This document shows positions 25,756 to 39,009 of a DNA stretch of 64,000 nt, one piece after another; the first letter of the stretch is position 1; each line of letters opens with the position of its first letter. The translations under genes were made by a program, and so were the position numbers. Source of the stretch: Marsupella aquatica (taxonomy: Eukaryota; Plantae; Marchantiophyta); assembly GCA_973895155.1 (NCBI GenBank), contig OZ316893.1:28034210-28098209 (forward strand), written 5' to 3'. A model generated the notes under the pieces. The model searched no databases. It worked only from the letters and a program-made list of their open reading frames with translations, and was not told where the DNA came from.

Positions 25756-26451
25756 AAACCCCAATTTAAGGAATACTGAAGTATTAGATTAATTCCAATT
25801 TTATCTAAATATTATTAGTTAATGAATGATCAACCTCTTTAACATTTGGTGGGATAGTCAAAAACTTCAAATGTTTTGTTGCAAGATCTTTATAACAATG
25901 CATCACTAAATGACATCAAGTACCTCTTGATCCATGCACAAATCCTTAATTAAACTATCATTCATTGTTTCAATTGTCTATTTAATTATTATAGGGTTGA
26001 ATACAAAAAATATTGACACGCACCAGGGTGCATGACCTACAATCATAGTAAGTACCACCCTTTAATTAATTAGTTTCTTTACAACAATTAATAGGATTGT
26101 TGTATATTACAATTATGTCTACTGGACATTCATTTGAATGTCAATAATATCATGCCTTAATATCACCAAACTAAGGGCCCACTAACTAATATTATATCTT
26201 AAATAAACTAACCAACTAACTAACTTGTCTATTTAATTACTATAGGGTTGAATACAAAAAAGATTGGCACGCACCAGGGTGCGTGACCTACAATTATAGT
26301 ATCACCCTTTAATTAGTTAGTTTCTATTGCTTTGACTCAATCAGGCATGGAACCATATAAAATCAGAAATCATTGAAAGTTGAGTTCACTTGAGGGTGTA
26401 ACTATAATTATTATTTATTAATAGGATTGTTGTATATTACAATGTCTCCTG

Positions 26452-29400
26452 TGTTGTAACTAATACTTGAGTTAAGTCTACCTTTGGGATAACTACCTAT
26501 GTAACTACCCTAACTACTTAGGCCGTAGCCACATGTACATATTCTACCAAGAGTAAAGATGGAACCAACTCTTTGTCTCATTTCTCCCACAACACGTTAT
26601 CAGCACGTAGCTATCCACGAGCAATTTTTTCTTTGAGAGAAAGGCCAGATTTTCATTGAGTGTTTATAGATTTGACATAACTGCCCCTCCCAAGAAGCTA
26701 TGGATGAGAACTTCTCGATCACATTTCTAATTTTAGGTTTAACAAGGACGTTTGTGATTCCTCCAAATGTCATTGCGGAAGCCATGGACTACCTATGCCG
26801 AACCATGACGGACCGATCTCATAAGGACATTGAAGATCACTTAAGGAGGCACGAGAGAGAGCGAGAGAAAATGATTAAGCAAGAATCGAGAAAGAGTCGG
26901 TGTGAGAGAAGCACTGGCAATGAACGTTGGTAAGGCGCTGACAAAGAGAATCGAAAGTATTAAGGATTGAGGCGAGAAACAATAAGGATTGAAGGTGAAG
27001 AAACCCCTCTGGAAACGACCTTTAAATCTGAGAAGAAACGAAACAAATTCTGATAAGGATAGCAGATAATGAAAATTACAGAGGAAGGGGGCATAAAACG
27101 ATCGAGAGAGGAGGAAAGGCACAAACAAAACAGAGGATCGAATGCAACCATTCAAAGACTGAGAGCGCATTCCATAAGGACAGCATTGGACAGAGACAAG
27201 AATTGAAAAGCAGTACCGCAGAACAGAATCCATAAGAAAAGACTGAACCTCACCCCACTGATCGAAGGCGAAAAAAAAAATTCAAGCAGCAAAAGCATCG
27301 GGAGGCACTGGCGAAGAAGCATAAGAGAAATGAATCGATCTAAAGCGAAGAAAATCAAAGCGCCAGCGCGAAACTGAAGGCAAACAGAAACCCATAAGGA
27401 CAATCGAATCAAGATTGGAAGATTGAAAACTCGGGAGAAATACAAGAGCAGAAAGAGAAAGGAAAAACAAATACTCAGGGGGAGTGGGCTATTCGCACAT
27501 CCCCTGGTCTACAACTTGAGACAACAAGAACTTGAATTGAGAGGGAAAATTCGATGAGGATGAAACAAGAATAGCATAAAGAAGCCACGCAACCGATGCA
27601 AGCGAGGGAGCGATAAGACACGTCACGGAAGGAGAAAAGAGGGAATTTCCGTGTTGCCAAAGTTGCGACTGCACCAAAGAGAATCAGAGGAAAAGCAACT
27701 AGGAAAGAAACTACCGAGCGATCGAGGGGCGCAAGAGCGCTAACAGCACAGATCAGCCCAAAGTAGAAGGAGTCTTTACCAAAAGGCGAACACAAGGATG
27801 AGGAAAGTAAGGAGGACAGCGATGACCAATGGAAGTCCCAAAGTTACGGCACCTATAGCACAGAAGGACACATAATGCCAGTTTCGGTAAATAGTTCTCG
27901 TGAGATTGGCAGTATGCATGGACGACATGGAACAATCCACGACCAGGGGTAGGGGCATTGGTGTTATGAACTTACGAGTTGACCATTGGGAGCCAGTGCC
28001 TGCAGGGTTCGCTTCCTGAGGATCACACAATGACTTCCCGGGATTCAAATTGGAGAGATGATCTACCATTAAGCTCTGAAAGCGAGAAAGGGCGAGAAAG
28101 GACCCCACAATACACCGAATAAATCACTGGAGATAGCGTAGGCAGGTCCAGCGAATTACCCTCAGTCGCCATTGCCCCTTCTGGAGAGCAACGATGGGTC
28201 TGTTCGAGAGCAACTAGTACCCTGGAGGAAGATGCTAAAGAAAAATGATCGGACCCAGATACGATTCGGCACACAATAATAAGGACAGGGGAACAAACAT
28301 CAAGGAGGCCCAAGTCATTCGAGTAAGATAGCGCACCCAAAATGATACAAGTGCCGTATCAATTTAGGCAAACAAGGATAACAAGGCACTGACGTCGATG
28401 GCATTCAACATGAAATATCGAGGAGGGCCTAGAGATAAGAACCCAAAATGTCGAAAGAAGACGGCACAATTCACGGAACATAAACAGACCACCACAGACC
28501 AAAATAGTGATGCAATGTGGAGGCGTCAAAATTTGGAAAGGAATGCAGCAGCAGAGGGACGGAATGAAGGAAGGAACCATGCCACAATAAGCGAGTGAAG
28601 CAAAAAAAAAAAGGGAGTACAACAAAAAGAAGCCATCAAACCAAAGGAAAGTCCTCCACCTTTTCTTCTAAGAAGACCATTTTACACTAAGGAATGGAGA
28701 ACTAAATAACAAAGAGACTTTCTCTTCAAAAGGCAAGAAAAACCAAACAACAAGGCATGAAGTAAGGACATAAAGAAAGAAACTAAATTACAGAACCTAC
28801 ATGGCGACAAATGATGATTACTTCCACCAATTAATTTCATAAATTCAGGGGGAGAATTGTTTTTCCCAACGTGCCTACTGCACTTAAAAGTTAAGCTCCG
28901 TGCCTACTACACATGGAAGCCAATGAGTGCCTACTGCACATGGAAGTAAATGACAAATTGAGGGGGAGACCTCAAGTAAGACTTGACATCAAGCAATGTA
29001 ACCCATGGGATGTGCCTATTGCACAAGTGCCTTTCGCACCAATGAATACCTAAAAATGGAACTCTATTCCATGCATATGGCAAATCATGAAATCTTACCA
29101 ATACTTGATGAGGTATACTGGATATTAAGGTACCATATGATAATATGAGGTACAGTACCAGGTCATAAGGTACCATAAGGTAAGACATGGCATGGTAAGG
29201 CACCATAAGAGATGGTGCGCCATACCCCAATATGATAACCCTATGTTGTGGATATGGTACGTGATGTGGTGCAAATAGGTTATGCCCACGTACACCAAAT
29301 CTAGGGTTGGACACCCAATCCAATTCCAAGGCCATGGATTACACCATATCATCTTCATTTTGTACTAATACTTTGCTTTGTCATGGCATGTAATCGGTGA

Positions 29401-29962
29401 CCATCAAGGAGTCTCCATTTCCCGATTGGAAGGAGACACGAGAAACAATCAACCAAGGAAGATCTTCAACAAGCCTATAGTGCTTATAAGCACCTTAAGA
29501 GACTTTGTAGAAATTACACATACACTATATGCTTAAACCCAAATATGTTTCACCCATGGGGATGGTAATACTCTTTCCTCCCACAAAGAAAGTAGGGGAG
29601 GTTTTAATGAGGTTACATCCCCCACTTACACTTGACCATGCAACATGAATTATAAGACATCTATTAGGAGAAGCTTGACATTCATTCATAGTAGACTTGA
29701 GATGGCTACACCATTTATAAAATAGGCTAGACATAAACAAAACCTATTGTATACCACTGAGTATACCCAAAGTAGACTCTTGATTGTAACATTTCAACCC
29801 CAATGTTACAAAGGGGGAGTGTTGTAACTAATACTTGAGTTAAGTCTACCTTTGGGATAACTACCTATGTAACTACCCTAACTACTTAGGCCGTAGCCAC
29901 ATGTACATATTCTACCAAGAGTAAAGATGGAACCAACTCTTTGTCTCATTTCTCCCACAACA
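26452..29962 (+). mobile_element. Non-autonomous LTR retroelement with Bianca-type PBS, very young
   Basis: 143-bp LTRs at 26452-26594 and 29820-29962 look identical, TG...CA. TSD TCCTG. PBS CGTTATCAGCACG, PPT AAAGGGGGAG. No recognisable gag/pol in the 3.2-kb interior. Confidence 0.92.
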
Positions 29963-30307
29963 TCCTGGACATTCATTTGAATGTCAATAATATCATGCCT
30001 TAATATCACCAAACTAAGGCCCCACTAACTAATATTATATCTTAAATAAACTAACCAACTAACTAACTTAGACGATAAGACTTGTCTAAACTTGAGTTCT
30101 CTGGCTACTACTATTCTGAGTTGCCTTTTAAACTGTATGCTAAACTACATGCTTCATTACTGTCTAGGATTTGTCACTTGCTATGCATGTCAAGAGATAG
30201 TCTCTTGCCTTGACAGCAACATTCTTTGGAATTCCTACTAGCCCTGTCACTGGTCCTTTGTGTGCTTTGAAACACTACAAGGCAGAGGAAACATCTATTG
30301 TCTCAGC

Positions 30308-33300
30308 TTACTTGTATATTGGAGATGGATCACGTTCCCATTTCTTATCCCAAGAATCTGCCCACCGCTCTCTTGGCTGCCAGTCTGATTGACCACGTTG
30401 CTTCTTTGCCATAAATGGTCTAAACCACTCAACGCCACATACATGAGTAAGAAGGTTTTGTTCATTCACTGGTCCTTCTACCACATCTGTAACAACTAAC
30501 CCCATATGGACGGGATAAACATCCAGGTCTGAGTCGTCCGGCCGTACCAACACATAACAGCCCTTCACAACATCAACCCTAGGGTTAAAACTCTCAGGAG
30601 GTTTATCTTTTGCTGGTCCCACATAATCCACTGTTGCCTCCAACTCACATGCCACATTTCGATATTCTGGTGGAACGTGCTCTCTCCATATTGATAAAGG
30701 CCAAAACCCATATTCCAAGTTGTGTGCACCTTCAGGTTCATATTGCACCTGCTCACCCTGTAGAGTATCTACAATGTCATTCCAATAATTGATGAGAGTT
30801 GTCCAACGTCGCTTTGGTTCTTCCTCTTTTGTTCGCTTTAGAATAAACTCAAAGAATGACACATGCTTCTTCAACCCTGTCAGCACTTCAGGAAGCATTT
30901 TCAACTCCATCATTGGTAGCCGTTTGGGCACCCCAATTGGGATGTGAGGACTTTTGTCATCTTTCCATGACCACATTTCAATACCTTCCTTGGGTAACCA
31001 TCCCTGATCAGTTGACTTCATTTTGTATTGGAAGCATGGCATACTATCATGACGAACATAGAACCTAAACAGCCTGGGTTTTAAATGCCCCACCAATGCC
31101 TCAGGGCCCTTCAACATGAATGGAGCTAAGTAGTTTTTGAAATCTGGGACCTCATGTAGAAAATGTGGGACTGCATTGGGTGTCCTTGCTCTCATGAACA
31201 AGGACATTAACTCAGGCAATGAGTATGTGGGGTTATGCATCATAGACTCTGAAAAATGCCCGAACATACCGTCAACGTCCTCATGAATATGCCCAACCAC
31301 CATAAAACCAAGATGAACCTCTTCAAACACCTCCCTTGCCGTCAACAATGACAAATAAGCCATCATATATCTGTTCTTGTTGTCTGAGGCACAATTCTCC
31401 AGTTGTAGCTTCAATACTCGTGGAAGGGGCCTGAACTTTGGTGCCTCAGGTGCTGCATCACAATGTAACAATCTCATAATGCTTTTAAATAAAACCCTAG
31501 TCAGACCCTAAACCCCAATTTAGGGTTTAGGGTTTAAACCCTATTAATGAAACCTTGGCTAGGAGGAGCAACAACTACACAAAGTAGAGTGTTAGTGTGT
31601 GTGAGCTTATATTATTCAATAATAATAAATTAAAGGATTGTGAGTAAAGTACCTAGGCTTGAGATGTAGGCAATGTCATCCTCAAATGCTCTAAGGACAC
31701 TTGCCTCCAAGATATCTGCTCTCCCAAAAAGGTCTTTAAAAAGACTTGCCGAGTCTGGCCCCTCCACAAGTGATTTGATCATTGGATTTGGGTTTTCCAA
31801 CATCCTTAGTATTGAATCAATTGACCCAATAGTGATGTTGACATCACCTGGCCACACTCCAACATGATATTGGGCTATGGCCTTGGGACCATGACCATGA
31901 GTATGGATACCAGTGACAGTAATTGGGAACTTTTGGGCACCATCCACATGCTTAGGATTGAAGGGCATTCTTGGGAGAGCTGTCTTTGAATGATCCATCT
32001 TATCATGAATAAGGCATAACACTTCCTTTGGACGATGGATGGACTCATATCTCCAGGTATGATAGCACATTCTTTGCTGTGTGTGGTCTTGGTGATGTTC
32101 CTCCTCGTCACGCCTTAGGCCCTCTAACTCTTCCTTAGCTCCTGTAAGGTTTGCTTTCCGTTGAAGCAACTCATTACAAGTTGTACACTTTGAAAAGTTG
32201 TTGCCCTTTTTGTGACGTGAGAACTCCCTGAAATACATCTGATGTAGATGACTCAAGGTGGGTTGGGAAATTGGAGGAAGACCAGCCTCCTGGTTGACAA
32301 CATTAACCCTGTTTCTAATATTCTCCCAAGTAAGATTTGTTGGCAATTCCCTCAAAACCATCATTGTATTATCTGCCATGGTTCTCAACTTGGCTGGATG
32401 ATGATCAGCTGCCTCCTCAATGCTCTCTTTCATTGACATGAACGCTTGAGATACTTTCTCGGACATACGCCTTTTTCCAGCATTACCATGGGTACCTATG
32501 TTCATTCTAGCCATCACAGTCTTCTTCAAGGCATAAAATTGAGTCTTTCCTCTTGAATGAATGATTCTCCATGCCTCCAAGCACAATACTTTGCCCTCCA
32601 CTGCTAGAATCCTTTCTCCAGTACCCAAGTGTATTGTATTTTTAATAGCCTTGATTTCCTCCTCCTTGCGCTCGGCAAAAGATTTTGACCACCACTTTTG
32701 CCTAATTGCCATAGCCAAGTTGCGGTCCAAATATTGGCAACAATGTTCACTACAACAGTCCTTAGTGTTTATCAACAACACATCTTGACGTGCCAAAGAT
32801 GTGTCTCTTCTAGATGTCTGGGAAGATGGACTCTTTCTTTTCCTACTTTTATGGACGTAGGACCGCTTGCCACTTGTTGGAGATGTGTTCCCTCCCACAG
32901 CTTGCCTGATGTTGTGGAAAGACAACAAGTTGCCATCCTTGGCAATGAGTTGGTCCATCGACCAAGCTTTTAAGCAATCTCTATGCTTTAGATGATCTAT
33001 GGTAGCTCCCTCGACAAAATCGTTGATCAGAATTCCCACATGTGTATTCCCAAGGGTGACATCCCCAAGCTTCACTATAGGATCTAGAACATGTATAGTT
33101 GCCACTGCAAAAATCAACTTGTTCTCATCCACCACCTTTACAAGCATGCCCATCCACAAGGCCTTTGGTAAAACTACTTCCACACCAGACCGACTCTCAT
33201 TATGGTTGTTCCCATCAAAATTTTGATTGACTGGATCTTGATCATCACCAACAGTGCCAAACACATCCTCCGATTCCATGGGAGCTCGAAAAAGCTGATT

Positions 33301-33558
33301 CCTTTCCCATACAAGGTAACCCCCAATCATGTCCTTCAAAAGTTCGCCATCTTCGCATAGAATGGTCTCGTCAAAAACTTCCTCCAATAGAAGAAGAACT
33401 CTGTCCGCCCCAAGGGGAACATTGTGACAAACCCTGGAAGGATCAAGACTTATCACGCGACCTTTTCCAACCTGTTTCTCACGTATGCCTATAATAACTT
33501 GTCCACCTTCCCTGATCCAGACTGTCGATGTCACCATAATAATTATGATCCTGCACAT
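30308..33558 (-). CDS. DDE-type transposase (DUF7869/Sola-like core) with two N-terminal Tnp1/En-Spm-like repeats; at least two exons
   Basis: FSKCTTC, LCLIHDKMDHSKT, LQLENCASDNKN and FMVVGHIHEDVDGMF motifs. Intron donor at ~31652. N-terminal VGKGRVISLDP...VPLG and VATIHVLDP...VTLG repeats. Ends of the gene model are uncertain. Confidence 0.75.
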
Positions 33559-33579
33559 CAGAGAATATCACTATAAGCG

Positions 33580-34400
33580 TATAGTCCTGTCACGTCCGTC
33601 AATTTCACTGCACTGTCCTGTCACATCGGTCAATAAGCAGAATGTAGTCAATGCACTGCGCTGCACGCGACTGGTCGCGTGACCCTAGAGGTACCACACA
33701 TACCGGCAATAGACTATGCATGGTCCATCAATCATGTCAAATGAATGAGAATGACCACAATCGATTATGATCAATCATTTCACATCCACTCAGAACAAAT
33801 GAGTGGACAGTCAGTAACTACTAAGGACAGTAGTGCTAATAAGCGCCAGTAAAACGTCCGTGAACTGCATTGTCCTGTCACAACCGTCAATAAGTAGGCA
33901 GAATGTAGTCAATGCACTGCCCTGCACGCGACTAGTCGCGTGACCTTAGTCAGAGGGTGTAGGGATAACAGGGTCTACGACGTAGAAGCTAGAAGGCTAG
34001 GCCCAAACTCTAGCTCGTACTTGGTACTTCATAAGTAAGATACGATTGCGCGTGAGACAGGAAGATACAATTATGGATCTAAAGGCATGTCGCGTGACCT
34101 TAGTCAGAGGGTACAGGGTCTACGACGTAGAATCTAGAAGGCTAGGCCCAAACTCTAGCTCGTAATTGGTACTTCATAAGTAAGATACGATTGCGCGCGA
34201 GACAGGAAGATACAATTACGGATCTAAAGGCATCACACATACCGGTAAAGATAATGCATGGTCCGTCAGTCATTTCAAGTGAATGAGAACGACTACAATC
34301 GATTACGAACAATCATTTCAACTCCACTCAAGAAAAATGAGTGGACAGTACCAGTTTACCAATGAGTGGACACCGGACAGTCAGTAACTACTGACCTTCA
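33580..34400. repeat. Locally duplicated segments upstream of the transposase, with palindromes
   Basis: Blocks repeat at ~33610/33870, ~33945/34095 and ~33700/34235. CACGCGACTGGTCGCGTG at 33664 and CACGCGACTAGTCGCGTG at 33925. Confidence 0.8.
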
Positions 34401-34709
34401 TAAGAAATCTCAGTACTTCACTAGCAATCAGTATTCCCGGGACGGTCGCCAAACATGAAATTAAAGCCATAATTAGAGGACAATTGAACTTCCCGCCAAT
34501 TCTAATACGCACCAGTCAAACGCGCACCCTCTTCTAGAAACCACTATGTACAATGACTAGTGGAGACTAAACAGTATAAAGCATTGAGATGATCCCTATT
34601 GCTCATTCCCCCACGCATTCCACTTTCTGGCTACTGGATAATCTATTCGCACATAAGCTCTCTCATTTCCAATTCTTAGTCTCGGTCAGCATCTCTTGTT
34701 TGAAGGGCG

Positions 34710-35252
34710 ATGACTACTTTGCTGAGCTCAAAGAATGAGGATGTTTCGACGGACGATTCAGAAGGTTCGACGTATCGAATTCGTGGTACTCCTTACAAAA
34801 TGTGTCAGCGATGTAATATAATGTTTATGGTGACTAAATCGGGTCAAATGTTTTGTGAGAGACGACATTGTTTGCCACATTTGTCGATGGAAGATCAGAT
34901 GGAGACCAATCCGATAGAGATGACTACAAAGATGGCATCAGGGGAGAAGTTAAAGGGCAAAGCCCTCGTGGAATCCGTTTCGAGGGGGGAGAAGTTGAAG
35001 GCCAAAGCATGCGTCGAATCCATTTCGGGGGAAGTAGCAGCAGACGCTAAGATAGTCAAGAAGGAGGCCAAGAAAGTGGACGCACCGAAGAAAAGGCAAT
35101 TAGAGATGAACGAAGATTCTGATTTGTATTACAGAAAGAGCAAGCCGAGAAAATCTATGGACGTTAGGACTTGGGCAAAGGAAGAATTTCTGGATTCAAG
35201 GGAATCCACACCAGACACCGATGAGTGGATGCCTTCATCTTGGAATGACTGA
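34710..35252 (+). CDS. Small cargo ORF with a CxxC...CxxxHC motif and charged tail
   Basis: 180-aa ATG ORF containing CQRCNIMFMVTKSGQMFCERRHC. TATAAA at ~34575, followed by a pyrimidine-rich leader. Confidence 0.5.
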   Translation: MTTLLSSKNEDVSTDDSEGSTYRIRGTPYKMCQRCNIMFMVTKSGQMFCERRHCLPHLSMEDQMETNPIEMTTKMASGEKLKGKALVESVSRGEKLKAKACVESISGEVAADAKIVKKEAKKVDAPKKRQLEMNEDSDLYYRKSKPRKSMDVRTWAKEEFLDSRESTPDTDEWMPSSWND

Positions 35253-35454
35253 CTCGATCGAAGTCAACAATATTTTGAGTAGTCGAAGATTAGAACTACA
35301 GATTCAAGAGTAGTTCAAGTTAGAACTTGTTATAGATACTGGGTAGCTTAAATTCCTGGATAGTGCTAGTGGATATGGATTCCACATTCGAAGTCCTTCG
35401 GGATCGATGTAACCATTTTTGCAATCAAGGAAAAATCAAGATTCCTCTGACTGA

Positions 35455-36420
35455 CAATTCGCTAGGCTGTCGACTACAATAAACAATATCAAAAAGACCT
35501 GCGATAAATTGGTTCACGCGACTGTGCGCGTGATGAACTACATGTGTAACCAAAAACAGGTCATCCTACTAACAAGTTGAGATCAGGCAGATCTGAGAAA
35601 TAAAGGGCGATTACGTCTAAGAGTGCAAAGCTTTCGCTGACCTCTAAAACATTAACGCGACCGGGCGCGTGATGAAACGAAGACCTCGGTTTTAAAATAT
35701 ATTTCTGGCCAATTCGCTGGGCAGTCGACTACAATAAACAATATCAAGATAAATTGGTTCACGCGACTGTGCGCGTGATGAACTACATGTGTAACCCAAA
35801 AAACAGGTCATCCTACTAACAAGTTGAGATCAGAAAGATCTGAGAAATAAAGGGCGATTACGTCTAAGAGTGCAGAGCTTTCGCTGACCTCTAAAACATT
35901 AACGCGACCGGTCGTGTGAATCAGAACTCGGTTTCAAAATAGATTTCTGGCCAATTTGCTAGGCTGTCGACTACAATAAACAATATCAAAAGACACGAGA
36001 TAAATTGGTTCATGCGACTGTGCGCGTGACGAACTACATGTGTAACCAAAAAACAGGTCATCCTACTAACAAGTTGAGATCAAGAAGATCTGAGAAATAA
36101 AGGGCGATTACGTCTAAGAGTGCAGAGCTTTCGCTGACCTCTAAAACATTAACGTGACCGTGCGCGTGATGAAACAAAGACGTTGGTTTTAAAATAGATT
36201 GCTGGCCAATTTGCTAGGCTGTCGACTACAATAAACAATATCAAAAGACACAAGATAAATTGGTTCACGCGACTGTGCGCGTGACGAACTACATGTGTAA
36301 CCAAAAAATCAGGTCATCCTACTAACAAGTTGAGATCAGTCTGATGTGAAAAATGGACCTCGATTACGTTTCGTTTTCCTAGGCCGTCGACTACAATAAA
36401 CAATAGCAAAACGTACGGAC
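35455..36420. repeat. Tandem array of ~250-bp units (about 4), each with two palindromic motifs
   Basis: GTCGACTACAATAAACAATA recurs at ~35469, 35724, 35966, 36221 and 36386. Confidence 0.9.
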
Positions 36421-37842
36421 AACTATACGCGTACGCCATACAATTTTAGACTAGAGAATTCATTCGGATCCTCTACTAGTACTTATGATACATTGCTTTT
36501 GTATTGGACTTGAAACACGGATTGATCAAAATCGGAGTGAGAAATTGGACCATAACTTCATTGACTCAATTCATGCATTGAATGCGTGATTTAAGGCAAC
36601 TACTCTCCTCATTTATTGCGGAATTAATGCCTATTGATACTTACAAGTTATTCAGTTGCGTGTGGTCTTAGCAATGTTGGCAGCAACCCTCCGATGTTGG
36701 CGGAAACCCTCCTCCCAGCCAAGCCTCTTCCTTCCAGCGTAGCCTCCTCCTCGTCCCAGCCAACTAAGCCTCCTCCTTCGAACTCCAATTTCCTTGAGTA
36801 TCGTGACCGAATCCCACCACCAGAGAATGACAACTTGTTGATCGTATCAAGATCAAAATCCTCGACCAGACAGTGATTTCAGAATAGGCGCTCTTTGTTG
36901 GTCCGCTAGAATGCTTCGATGAATGAGGCAGACTATGGAGGTTCTAAATCTTTGTCGTCTCGCTTCGTCGCAACTCTCCCGCTTGATCGGATGTGCTCTC
37001 CCCAAGATTGAAGGTGACACAACAAGAACTGCGCCAGCGTTGCTTGAATGAGCTCCGCCTTTGACTGGAATAGTCGAATGATCCAATCTGCTCCACCTCA
37101 AATGTGCCTTGGATCAGCCTCCGCTGAGAGCCCAGCTAGTATCCTGGTCAGGAGAAACTGAAAATGAAGAATGATCCGTGAGCAATGAGATCAGTCTATT
37201 GACTCCATGGAGGATGTGTTCATCTGGACTCGATTTTGATTTTGAAAATTGGTTGAGTCTCCAGTCGTGAGAATCATTGTACAGGATTGATTTTGAATAT
37301 CGGTTCTCCCCGACCGTGAGAATCGTTTTACGTTGTTTAGAGTAAGGGTTTGAATTGGCAAGATAGAGAGTGGAGTACGGATCCGGATCCGACGGTCTCC
37401 ACTACCAAAATGGAATGATTTTGAAGTTTGCCTCCACTACGTGATGGAACGATCGTGAGAAAGTTGTCGTTCGTTCACATTTTGGATTTGAATTGGCAGA
37501 TATAGTGAAGATACGGATCCGGATCCGGATCCGGGGGTCCCCACTAACAATCTTTCGGAGTTGCATAATTACCGGTTTAAATTTCAAATTGGCGATCAAA
37601 TAGAAATCTCCTTTAGTACGGCAAATCAAAAGGAATCCGGTAATCTTTTTTTCACGATTGCATAGTTTGTTCAGTCGATGGTGGAGTGTACGGAGATCAT
37701 CTGGAACCTTCCTGTCGCTAGGCTGTTATTAGGGTTATGCTAAAACAATACCCTAATTAGTCCTTCCTTAGTGTCGGCGCCCACGGTCTCGAGTTCATTG
37801 TTCATTGTTGTTGTTTCTCGCTCCCTAGACTTTCGCGCGCCT

Positions 37843-37932
37843 GCTCTCGTCGCTCTCGCTCTCACTCTCATCGCTCTCGCTCTCACTCTCGTCGCTCTCG
37901 CTCTCACTCTTGTCGCTCTCACTCTCGCTCCT
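37843..37932. repeat. (CTCGCT/CTCACT)n simple repeat
   Basis: Seen directly. Followed by dispersed GCAGCTC heptamers to ~38200. Confidence 0.85.
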
Positions 37933-39009
37933 GCCCTAGATTTCATTTTTGTCGTTGCAGCTCGTTCGTTGTGGTCAGGTGCTTGTCGGTGCGTTGCAGC
38001 TCTTAGTAGTTGTCCATCATTTCAACCAGGAGCTCGTTGGCGCATTGCAGCTCGCATTTACAGCTCGTATTCACTTCTAGTTTGCTAGTTCGTTGCAGCT
38101 AGCTTTTTGAGAGTGCTTGTATCAGCTCGTGTCAGCCAATTTTAAGCTCATATCAGCTCGATCAACGTGTTTCAGCAGCTCGAACTACTTTTTGGCAGCT
38201 TGTTTTAGCTCCTTCCATTCAGCATTCAGGTTTGTTTCACCTCTTTGAATCTTCAGGTTTAGTACGCTTTTATTCATGCTCAGTTTGCCTATCCACAGCT
38301 TTGATTGTACTTCTGAAAGAGTCTTTTTAACTCGACATAATGAGCTCCTTAGCATTAAGCACATGTTATTCAATTGGTGGCAGCGAAGCTCTATGTATAG
38401 AAGTATAGAAGCTGTGTTGTTGTTGCTTAGCATATTAATATCTTCAATCTTATATTTACTTTCTGGAATGCCGCAGCAAGGTCTTCAAGTGCTTGGACGT
38501 CAATCTCTCAGACGATTACATCAATTTTTCAGAATTCAGGTGTAATTTCTACATTTTCTGCTGGTGTTGATTGTGGTTTGCTAAAATTTCTGTTGATTGT
38601 TAAGCACAGTTTTCATAACGCGGTTTGTTTGTAAACTCAAATATGTGTGAATCATACAAACTCACTAATTAAAATACAACCTGAATCGTCTTAAGTAAGT
38701 CATTACAAACTTGCACGTTGTGAATTTAATCATATAAACTCTCATGTTATGTGAATCTCATTACACTGAATCCTTTAATTGACGAATACAACTAGTAGAC
38801 TGCTAAATTGAATCATCTTAGCTGGATCATTCTCTAAACTTTTGATATATAATAGTTTCACAATGACAGAGCTCAAACATCTGAATTATTGTAAAGTTCA
38901 TGAATGAATACAAATGAATGAAATCATGCTTACTCGGATTTCCTTGTTCGTACGGATCAGTAATCACAGTTGTATCACTTAATTCTCCTATTGTCCAAAA
39001 GTTGTTTGA

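Noticed and set aside
26841-28625. Hydrophobic minus-strand ORFs resembling membrane or env proteins
   Set aside because: Explained by the strong A/G skew of the plus strand; overlapping frames with no coherent domain.
36634-37200. Possible extra minus-strand cargo gene or upstream transposase exon
   Set aside because: Only short ORFs, no recognisable motif and no supportable splice model.
37740-38088. RVRARAT / ALALTLV ORFs
   Set aside because: Translations of a simple repeat.
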